Under the pieces are notes generated by a model. It did no database searches. It was not told the DNA's origin and saw only the letters and a program-made list of their open reading frames with translations. A program made the translations under genes and the position numbers. A stretch of DNA of 64,000 nucleotides from Alphaproteobacteria bacterium (GTDB lineage: Bacteria; Pseudomonadota; Alphaproteobacteria; JAAXGF01): positions 1,696,001 to 1,760,000 of the forward strand of contig CAUVXB020000002.1 of the NCBI GenBank assembly GCA_963555825.3. The letters run 5' to 3'. Shown one piece after another: positions 20,801 through 28,750 of the stretch; the first letter of the stretch is position 1; each line of letters begins with the position of its first letter.

Positions 20801-22023
20801 CCGTCCTTGAGCGTCGTCGTCAGCGCGATGCGGCCGATCTCGAAGCCCTTCGCCTTGACGCCGCCGATCGCGACGTTGACGTCGGCTTCGGTCTGGCGCA
20901 GGCCGCCGAGATCGAACGGCTCGTCGGGAATCGCGGCGAGCGCGTCGCCCGGCCTGCCGTGCTCGGCCGGCATCTCGGCATGCTGCCGTTGGATCCCCGT
21001 TTCGGGCGGCAAGTAGCGGTCGATGTCGAGCACGCCGGCCTCGACGTTGAGCACGACCTTGGCGACCTCGCCCGAGGCGTCGAAGCTGCCGGAAGCCTTG
21101 GCGTCGAGCGCCTCGCCCACAATCGTCGCCTCCTCGAGCGTCACCTTTGCGCCATCGGCGGTCAGCGCGGCGTGCATCGTGAGCGGGCCGGGGTCTGGTT
21201 GCGACGGATCGAGCGGCGCGCCGAGCCAGGCGAAGAGCGCGCCAACCGACGGCAGGTCGATATCGAAGGCGCCATCGAGACCGGGCACCGGCTTCTGCTG
21301 GGCGCCGCCATCGTAGGTGATGCTGGCGTGCTTGGTCGTCAGCGCGAACTCGATCTTGGCGCGGCCGTCGCCGAGGATCGCCTGCGGCGAATCGACCGAG
21401 ACGTCGAGCGTCACGTTCTCGTCGTTGAGCACCGTGGAGCCGGTGATGGCCAGTGCGCTCGCCAAATTTGCCAGCGTGATCTTGACGTCGATGTCGCGCG
21501 CCTGGATGGCCTGGCCGGTGGTCGCATCGATGAACGAGAACAGGCCGCCCTCGATGCGCACGTCGGCGAGCTCGAGCCCCGAGATCGGCAGACCCGCCTC
21601 GCGCTCGGCCGCGGGCGGCGCGGGCGCGGCCGGCATGGCCGGCTCGAACAGCCAGTTGGGACGCCCCTCTGCGTCGACCTCAAGGAAAATAGCGGGCTCG
21701 CGGACGACCAGGCTTTCGACGACGACCGAGCGGCCGATCAGCGGGAACAGCGCGAGTTTGATGTCGACACCGGCCACCGAGATCATCTCGGGCGACGGCA
21801 TGCCCTCGGCGTTCGACAGACGAAATTCTCCGATGCTGATCGAAAGCGGCAGCACCGAGACGCTGATGTCCCCGTCGATGCGTAGCTCGCGGCCAGTCGC
21901 ATCGCGCACGGCCTTGGCGATCTCCGGCTCGTAGCTCTTCCAGTCGATCACCGACGGCACGATGAAAACCGCGGCGATCAGCAGAACGACGACGGCGGCC
22001 AGTCCAATTAGAATTTTCTTCAT
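17854..22023 (-). CDS. AsmA-family protein, ~1389 aa, internally triplicated
   Basis: MKKILIG anchor, TGRELRIDGDI, LDIDRYLP x3, AsmA C-terminus KTDFAEISGTFNIVNG...PVVISGPWADP. Confidence 0.85.
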   Translation of the reverse strand: MKKILIGLAAVVVLLIAAVFIVPSVIDWKSYEPEIAKAVRDATGRELRIDGDISVSVLPLSISIGEFRLSNAEGMPSPEMISVAGVDIKLALFPLIGRSVVVESLVVREPAIFLEVDAEGRPNWLFEPAMPAAPAPPAAEREAGLPISGLELADVRIEGGLFSFIDATTGQAIQARDIDVKITLANLASALAITGSTVLNDENVTLDVSVDSPQAILGDGRAKIEFALTTKHASITYDGGAQQKPVPGLDGAFDIDLPSVGALFAWLGAPLDPSQPDPGPLTMHAALTADGAKVTLEEATIVGEALDAKASGSFDASGEVAKVVLNVEAGVLDIDRYLPPETGIQRQHAEMPAEHGRPGDALAAIPDEPFDLGGLRQTEADVNVAIGGVKAKGFEIGRIALTTTLKDGVLDVNLSELGLYGGNVTGTVNLDGATDELSVAVNLAVAGVDVGALVKAATGETPVAGILATTVAATGKGANPRALVESLAGNVTVDLGGIDVKDAPVGAISEVKLAIALPGLESPPSIKGSVVYNMQRVDLDVTLDPLGKVLAGETFALTAAIASKRINLAYDGAVQQQPVPGLDGTFELDVPSVGKLAAWLGQPLDASQPDPGPLKLHAVLAADGAKVVLKEATIEGEALDATASGSFDDSGEIAKIVLNVEAGVLDIDRYLPPPADEPAEAAAPTEAPEGPGDALAGIPEEPFDLSGLRQAEADITVALGGVKAKGFELGRVALATTLKAGMLDINLSELALYGGNVKGTIKLDGATDVLGVALALAVDNVDVGALAEAAIGMAPVAGILSSDIEARGEGANPRALVESLVGKFAVALGEVDVKIAPVPVSEISLALDMPGVESPSSIEAGVVYNAERIDVALKLDPLKTVLAGERFNIDARLASKLISVAYAGAVQQQPVFGLDGAFDLDVSSVGELAAWLGQPLDASQPDPGPLKVHAALAADGAKVALNEATIEGKALKVNAKGSFDGSGDVAQFAADVVVELANLDAYLPPEKEGEEAAETEAAPAGEKKSQGWSEEPIDFSPLSQANDEARITIGKIVYKDIAIENGVITVTMLNGVLNAAIDKLGMAGGTIDTKVTVDASRPQAALAYQATVANVQALALLKAFADTDQLSGTVHFNANGQAVGANQKQIVETLNGGGGFKILDGAIHGIDIAETIRSMGSLGMGEDGPPQKTDFAEISGTFNIVNGLLENRDFQMLAPLVRVTGAGLVPMPPQTVDYKAELKLVASTEGQGGDAALGGLPIPVVISGPWADPSYGIDWGAVLAAAALDPARLAAMPADMLDAAKGFGVDLPLPGLGGGDGEGIGGILDAVIGGGSDEESSGVGGLIEGILGGGSSDTSGAEEPAEQESVAPEEIPGKIIEDAGEALKSLFGN

Positions 22024-22258
22024 CGGTGCGTCCTCGGGTTCACGGCCCGGTTCGGCAGCCGTCATCCGGCGCCGCCGGCCGCGTTATTGCGCGTTGGCGT
22101 CTATCGTCCCGCTCTTTTGACGCGCGTGCAACCTTGATGTGGGCACGCGGATGGCGGTGTAACGGTCGCCGGCCACGGGACCGAATGCCCGGCCCGGCGG
22201 TCGGTCGAAAGAGACGGCGCCGCGCCAGGGTGTTTTCCGGGGCGGCGCCGTAACGAGG

Positions 22259-23029
22259 CTACTTGATCAGTGTGATCCGCGCGTAGCGGTTCTGACGCTC
22301 GCGCACACCATCGGGCGTCTCCAGCCTGGGCTCCGATTCACCCAGCCCGGAACCGATGATGATGTCCGACGAGATGCCGGCCGCCGCCAGCGCGTCGGTC
22401 ACCGCGGTCGAACGGTTCTCCGACAGACCCAAGTTGTAGGCGTCGGAACCCGAACGGTCGGCGTGACCGGTCACCAGAACACGGGTCGGCTCGCGCATGC
22501 CAACCTGGTTGTTGACCCAGTCGATGACCTGCATCGCACGGTCGTCGAGCGCCGCCGAGTCATGGTCGAAGAAGATGAAGAACGACGGCGGGACCGGCAC
22601 TTCCATCGGCTCCGGCTCGGGCTCCGGCTCGGGCTCCGGCTCGGCCATCACCATCGGCGGCGGCGCAATCGCCGCCTGGATCTCCGCCAGGCCGGCGAGG
22701 AACGCCGCACGGCACGCCGCGATGTCGCCCGGCTGGCGGTTCTCTTCCTGCTCCTCGACCCAGCAGTCGTACATCAGCTGGGTATGCGCCGCGAGCTCGG
22801 GCACCGTCGTGCGGCCGTTGTCGGCCAGCGCCTCGACCAGCCACTGACGCGCCTCCGTCAGCTCCGCGATCGAACCCTCGGGCAGAGCGTGGTCGCCGGG
22901 CTCCTCGGGCACCACGAAGGCATCCCCAGCCGCCCACTGCGCCTTCAGGCCGAACAGGTCCGAGTTGCCGTAGTCGCCCTCGGCGAACTCGACCTGCGAA
23001 CGGCCCAGATACTCGCCGTAAAGCGCCTG
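22259..23029 (-). pseudogene. OmpA-family lipoprotein, C-terminal fragment
   Basis: IFFDHDSA, VTGHADRSGSDAYNLGLSENR, QNR motifs; begins QALYG; rejoined gene = 888 nt, 295 aa. Confidence 0.9.
22607..22642 (-). repeat. Hexamer repeat encoding a Glu-Pro linker
   Basis: (C/G)GGCTC x6 = EPEPEPEPEPEP before the OmpA domain. Confidence 0.85.
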
Positions 23030-24449
23030 TGTATCGCACCCGGTTCCTTGGACACAAGTTTGTCTCATGCGGCGGGCCTGAGTGACATCGCGGTGTGCCA
23101 CGCCTGACGAGCTTGAGCGGGGCTCAGGTAGCCGTTCTTCTCCACGATCCACTGGGCATTGTACTGTTCGACGAACCCGCGGACGGCGTTCCGCAGCTCC
23201 GCGATGTTGCGGTAGATGCGGCCATGGATGATCTGTTCCTTGAGCGTGCGATTGAACCTCTCGGCGACGCCGTTGGTCTGGGGCTGTTCGACGAAGGCGT
23301 AGGACGGCTGGATGCCCCAGAACTTGATCTGGTTGGTGAAGTGGTCCGACAGATACTGGGAGCCGTGATCCATCCGCAAGGCCAGCCCCCGCGCCGCACC
23401 GGCGGAGGTCGAGGCATACAGCCTCGCAAGCCCCATGGAGATCGGCTGAAGGGCGGCGAAGCGGTCGCCTCGCTTGCACACATGCCAGCCGACGCACTCG
23501 GCGTTCCAATGCTCGATGGCGGTGAATATCCAGCCCCAGCCGTCGTCCACCGTGAACACCCGAACGCCGTCCGTGCCCCACATGAGGTTGGGGGCATGGG
23601 TGATGATCTCACCGACATGGGGATTTCCGCCACGGCGGCGGCAGCGATGGGGCGAGAGCAGGTTGTTCTCGCGCATCACCCGGAGCCCCCGCTTGCGGGA
23701 AACACGGATGCCACGACAGACCCGAAGCCGAGCCCAGACCTTGCGGTGTCCCTCGCCCTCCCAGGGGGATGCCTCCAGGTCGGCCTCGATGGCCACCAGC
23801 AGAGCCTCGTCCGAGATCGAGGGCTTCGGTCCCCGGCGCTTTGCTGGTGGGCGCTCAGCGGTGGCCTGCTGCCGGGATTTCATGGCGTAGAACGAGGAAC
23901 GGGCAAAACCCCAGGCCGCACAGACCCGCTGGAGGCCGTAGGCCAAACCCGTGCCGGGAGAGGTGGCGGCACTCATCGCCGCGACCTCCGCCGCCCCAAA
24001 GGGCCGGACGTCTCCGTCTTGGCCTCCAGCAGTTCCACCTGCATGATCAACTCCCCGATCCGCTTCATGGCGATGTCCAGTTCCGCCTTCACCGGATCGC
24101 CCTTGCGTTCCTTGAGCGAGGCATCGATCCCGGCGATCGCCTTCTCACGCCACTGCTCGAGCCGGAAAATCTCCACGCCCAACTGCCGCGACAAAAGTTC
24201 CACCGGCTCGCCACGCAAAAGCCGCAGGGCAACCTCACGCTTGCGCGTCACCGTCCACCGCTGGCCAAGTCCCAGCGGGCCTGCCGGCGAAACCTGGCCC
24301 GGGGAAAACGTGGACGAGCCAAGCTCGCCCTCGTTTACCACAGGCCCATCAACAGCAACTTTGTTCTCAAAATTGTCGGGCATGTTCCGGTCCTCCTTGG
24401 ACACTTCGATTAAGCCAATTCTGTGTCCAAGGAAATCGGGTCCGACTCA
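23030..24449 (-). mobile_element. IS3/IS481-like two-ORF element, 1420 bp, copy 2 (inverted)
   Basis: Reverse complement of 4978-6397; OrfB (23065-23976) identical, OrfA (23973-24404) differs by one residue (T/P). Confidence 0.95.
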
Positions 24450-25508
24450 GCCTGAAGGTTGGGCAAGCCCGACGCTTCAAGGAGCTTGAGCGGGAGAACA
24501 CACATCTCAGGCGAGCCGTCGCCGATCTAACGCTGGATAAACTGATCCTGAAGGAAGCCGCCGAGGGAAACTTCTAAGCCCCGAGCGTCGCCGGCGCTGT
24601 GTTGAGCATGTCTGCACACGATATGGATTACCCGAGCGTCGCGTGTGCCGGGTCATCGGACAGCCACGCTCGACGCAACGCTATCGACGTGTCGGGGCTG
24701 ACGATGAGGCGGCGCTCACCGAGGCGATCGTGCGGCTAGCCAGTGAGTATGGCCGCTACGGCTATCGCCGGGTCACGGCGCTGCTCCGCGGAGATGGTTG
24801 GCACGTGAACCACAAGCGGGTCGAACGCATCTGGCGACGGGAGGGGCTGAAGGTGCCTGTAAAGCAACCCAAGAGAGGCCGACTGTGGCTCAACGACGGG
24901 TCCTGCATCCGTCTGCGGCCGAGCTGGCCGAACCATGTCTGGGCCTATGACTTCGTCATGGCCCGCACACACGATGGCAGGACGTTCCGCATGCTGACGA
25001 TCATCGACGAGTGGACCAGGGAGTGCCTGGCGATCGACGTCGCCCGGCACCTGCGATCCGACGACGTGCTGTATCGCCTGGCGGCACTGTTCGTCGACCG
25101 GGGGCCACCGGACCACATCCGCTCGGACAACGGCAGCGAGTTCACCGCCAAGGCCGTCCGTGACTGGCTGGCGAGAGTCGGTGTGACGACGCTCTACATC
25201 GCGCCGGGGAGTCCCTGGGAGAACGGCTACAACGAATCATTCAACGGCAAGCTCGGAGACGAGCTGCTCGACGGTGAGATATTCTACTCGCTCACGGAAG
25301 CTCAGGTGCTGATCGAGCGATGGCGATATCACTACAACACGGTCAGGCCGCACAGTGCGCTGGGCTATAGACCCCCGGCGCCACAAGCCATCGTGCCTAA
25401 ACGGACTGATCCGGCCTTCGCGATTGATGGGCTACAGCCGGATCAGCCCTTCCCAAAAACCGTGCCAGGACTAACATAGGAACTGGTACAAAAAATGGGG
25501 GCAGGCCA
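24450..25508 (+). mobile_element. IS407-group IS3 element, right part (orfA C-terminus, orfB 24643-25479, right IR)
   Basis: [41 protein letters not shown]; orf[26 protein letters not shown]. Confidence 0.9.
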
Positions 25509-25934
25509 TCCGTAATTGAGTTCTACGGCATCGTTCAGGTACGAATAGTCGGACATCCATAGCTCACCGCTATCGATAATTCCCAACAGGCCTTCCGGTG
25601 TCGTGTAGTGGTAAACTATCGGTGATTCGCTCGTGTCGTATTTTGCGACTAAGCCTTTGCGCATCGACTCACGCCACATCACGCGAGGAAGCGAGAACAA
25701 GAGCGGTAGTTCGTGCTCCCAGGAGTAAGATTTCTCGCCCTCCTCATCAGTCCAGACTGCGCGTCGGTAGACTTTTGGTTCAAGCAATGGAGCAGCGGCT
25801 TCAATTTCCTCACTGCTGGTTCCATTTGGGCAACCGGGGAACGGGCAGCAGAGCAAGGCACTGTATTCGTAGTGCTCCTCGCAAACGAGGGGGAGCATTA
25901 TGTCGTAGTCGACCTTCGTAGGCGTAGAGGTCAT
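25509..25934 (-). pseudogene. DUF2971-like protein with Cys-rich N-terminus, truncated by IS
   Basis: GGAGGAG RBS; VYHYTTPEGLLGIIDSGELWMSDYSYLNDAVE motif then IS end; lower GC. Confidence 0.7.
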
Positions 25935-25967
25935 ATGCTCCTCCTGCGTCACTGCCATCTCCTTATG

Positions 25968-26032
25968 GCATAACGCGCGCTTGAGGCATTGCGAACCGTG
26001 AGTGAGCCGTTGTCTCGATGCGGAAGTTACGC
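25968..26032 (-). other. attC-like integron cassette recombination site (65 bp)
   Basis: GCGTAAC-N5-CATCGAGA...CCTCAAG-N5-GTTATGC; hicB stop TAA lies inside the first box. Confidence 0.6.
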
Positions 26033-26239
26033 GGCTACGTCGACGAACTCGACGGCCGACGACGGTGCCGGGACGGAAAGCCCTTCCTGTTTGAGTCCCT
26101 CGATATGAAACACCATGGCTTCCTCGATGAGAGTTATGACTTCGTCTCGCGAATCGCCCGCGGCAACGCATCCGGGCAAATCGGGGACATACGCACCGTA
26201 GCTCTTTGGACCTTTTTCAATGATGACTGCGTACCGCAT
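26027..26239 (-). CDS. hicB: HicB-family antitoxin (short form)
   Basis: YAVIIEKGPKSYGAYVPDLPGCVAAGD...HIEGL. Confidence 0.9.
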   Translation of the reverse strand: MRYAVIIEKGPKSYGAYVPDLPGCVAAGDSRDEVITLIEEAMVFHIEGLKQEGLSVPAPSSAVEFVDVAA

Positions 26240-26242
26240 CAC

Positions 26243-26434
26243 TTACTCCTCCTTCAAACCCGCCTGCTTCATGACCGCGTTTAGCGTTCCGCGAGGCATA
26301 TCGACGCCAAGTTTGCCCGCGACCGTTACCGTACCGGGCTTCACGGGATGGCGAAACTGTCGGTGGCTGCCCTTGGTTCGCAACAGCGCCCAGCCATCCT
26401 TCTCGAGCATCCTTATCACATCCCGCACCTTCAT
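26243..26434 (-). CDS. hicA: HicA-family toxin
   Basis: MKVRDVIRMLEKDGW...KGSHRQFRHP...GTLNAVMKQAGL. Confidence 0.9.
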   Translation of the reverse strand: MKVRDVIRMLEKDGWALLRTKGSHRQFRHPVKPGTVTVAGKLGVDMPRGTLNAVMKQAGLKEE

Positions 26435-26512
26435 CCCGGAATTCACCAAACCTGAATTTTCAGCCGCATGACATCCCGGCCGCCGTTGCGACCTTCTGCT
26501 TGAGCTCGGCCA

Positions 26513-27274
26513 CTAGCCCCCGCGCATGGCGTCGACCGCCTGCTTGGCGGCGCTGGCGAGTAGCGCGCCGTCGGCCCAGATGGTGACCATCTGAAAGCCC
26601 AGCGCGAGCATCTTCTTGGCGTGCGCCGGCGTCTGACAGTGGATGCCGGCCGCGATTCCGGCGGCTTGGGCGGCGTTGCAGATGCGCGTTACGGCGTCGA
26701 GCACCTCGGGCGCGGTGAAGTCGAGCTTGGGCTCGTAGCCGAGCGAGAGCGAGAGGTCCGAGGGGCCGATGTAGATGCCGTCGAGGCCCGGCGTCGTGAC
26801 GATCTCATCGAGGTTCTCCAGCGCCTTGGCGGTCTCTATCATGGCCAGCGCGAGCACCGTGGCGTTGGCGTTCGCCTGATAGTCGGCGCCGGCATACAGC
26901 GTCGCGCGCACCGGGCCGTAGCTGCGGTAGCCGTCGGGCGCGTAGCGGCAGGCGCCGACGAAGGCCTCGGCCTCGGCGCGCGAGTTGACCATCGGGCAGA
27001 TGATGCCGTAGCAGCCGGCATCCAGCATCTTCATGATGATGCCGGGCTCGAGCCACGGCACGCGCGCCATCGGCACCACGTCGGTGGTCGAGACCGCCTG
27101 CAGCATGGTGACCGCGGTCTGGTAGTCGACGACGCCGTGCTGCAAATCGACGACCAGCGAATCCCAGCCCTGATGCGCCATGACCTCGGCCGAGTAGCTC
27201 GACGGAATGCCGAGCCAGCCGTTGATCGAGTGTCCGCCGCCGCCCCAGATCTCGCGCAGCCGGTTCCGTCGCAT
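26513..27274 (-). CDS. HpcH/HpaI aldolase family protein
   Basis: VVDLQHG, LDAG, AMIET, YIGPSDLS; AAGGAG RBS. Confidence 0.9.
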   Translation of the reverse strand: MRRNRLREIWGGGGHSINGWLGIPSSYSAEVMAHQGWDSLVVDLQHGVVDYQTAVTMLQAVSTTDVVPMARVPWLEPGIIMKMLDAGCYGIICPMVNSRAEAEAFVGACRYAPDGYRSYGPVRATLYAGADYQANANATVLALAMIETAKALENLDEIVTTPGLDGIYIGPSDLSLSLGYEPKLDFTAPEVLDAVTRICNAAQAAGIAAGIHCQTPAHAKKMLALGFQMVTIWADGALLASAAKQAVDAMRGG

Positions 27275-27619
27275 GTCCCGCTCCTTGTCTGACCGCCGAT
27301 AGGCGCCCATTGAAGACCAGAACCATTGCCCCGGCAACCGTCCCGGCGCGGGTGATGCGGTCGCTGTCCGGGCGGGGCGCCCGGGTCGGGGTATCGCGCC
27401 GACCTTCCCACGGCCGCCGGGCACCCGATGTCCGCTGCTGCTATGGGGAACCGGCTCGGCGCGCTGGCCGCATCGAAGACCGCGGATGACCCGAGGCGGT
27501 CATTGATGAGCGCCCGACCATCCTTGCAACGGCCCAAGACCAAGGATCAGGCTGACATTCGGCCTGGACCGGCGTTCGGCGATCCGCTCGGCGGTGGCCC
27601 GGCAAGGCCGACCCGGCAA

Positions 27620-27880
27620 TTATTCGCCGATCTCCCGCTTGACCTCGTCGAGAATACGCAGCCCCGCGCCCATTTTACCGCCATCGCCCTGACTGTGTCC
27701 TTCCTCATGCAGCGCCTGGCCCTGGCTCAGGCGTTGGATGAGTTCGTCCATGCGCTCCGACGAGATGTCCGACTGCTCGAGCTGCGTGGAAACCTCGGGA
27801 AACTCGACGGTTCCCCGGCAGGCAAGCGCCGGTCCCGAGATCACGACGATGCATGCGGTGGCAAAGAGTAGTGCTTTCAT
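27620..27880 (-). CDS. Small exported hypothetical protein (86 aa)
   Basis: GGAG RBS, signal peptide ending ALA-C, helical mature part. Confidence 0.65.
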   Translation of the reverse strand: MKALLFATACIVVISGPALACRGTVEFPEVSTQLEQSDISSERMDELIQRLSQGQALHEEGHSQGDGGKMGAGLRILDEVKREIGE

Positions 27881-28104
27881 GTCTGGCTCTCCCTTGCCCT
27901 CCTAGGGCCGGTGCGCCGCCACATCCCGTCACGCACCATTTCCCATGAAGGCTTGATCGGTTGCACGATGATATCACGCAACGGCGCCCCGTGGCGGCGC
28001 TCCATTCGCGGTCCTTACGTGCCGCCGGGATGGGCGAAGCGCGGGGCAAGGTGCTACGCAGGGAGAATATCCTCGGCATGCCGGGCTGTGGCTGTCAGCC
28101 GACA

Positions 28105-28196
28105 TCCAGCGCCTTGGCGGTCTCGATCATGGCCATCGCGCGCGCCCTGGCGTTGGCGTTCGCCTGATAGTCGGCGCCGGCATACAGCCTCGCGCG
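28105..28196 (-). repeat. 92-bp diverged copy of an internal aldolase segment (26817-26908)
   Basis: Ungapped direct repeat, 6 mismatches by eye. Confidence 0.85.
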
Positions 28197-28426
28197 GCGG
28201 CCAAGGCCGCGATTGAACAGCGGATTCAGCGCTGCGATTACAGGGTCTTCCGTCAACGACCCAGCGAAGATGGCGACGATGACGTTCTTGATGGGCGTTA
28301 CAGCATTCTCAATCTCGTCGGCTTACGGTGAAGCGGTCCCGCCTCTTCCAGTACATCGAATTTTCAATTCAATTAATACGAGAATCTCACATATAAAAAG
28401 GCATTCAAACTATACCTTTTAACGAT

Positions 28427-28736
28427 TGTATTATCACATGTATATAATTGTTAATAGTGCGATCGGACATGAGCCGTTCGCCCAACAACAACCACCAAAT
28501 TTGACGGCTCGGCACGGCGGTGGGGTGGGCCAAGTCATGACGAACGCCGGGATCGCGTCACCAAGGCCGGCTGGTCCTGCGCCGGCAATACAATCGAAAC
28601 GTTAATATCGCACGTATTGAGCGCGTCAGGTAGGTTGATCATAAACTGTATAACATGTACAATGTAAATACCATGCGGGTATTCGGACATGAGCCGTCGA
28701 GCCAACGATAACCAGCAATTTTGACGGCCCGGTACG
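28427..28736 (+). promoter_or_regulatory. Tandemly duplicated AT-rich promoter/leader module (220-bp period)
   Basis: 54-bp cores 28463-28516 and 28683-28736 match 44/54, each preceded by an ACATGTA-containing AT-rich block; regulatory role inferred. Confidence 0.55.
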
Positions 28737-28750
28737 TCAGGGAGGCGTTC

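Noticed and set aside
22214-22251. GC hairpin after the ompA stop
   Set aside because: Imperfect stem and no clear U tract directly after it; not called a terminator
22259-23581. 440-aa ORF ending in an OmpA domain as a novel fusion
   Set aside because: N-terminal part is an alternative frame of IS orfB running into the ompA fragment; no evidence of translation
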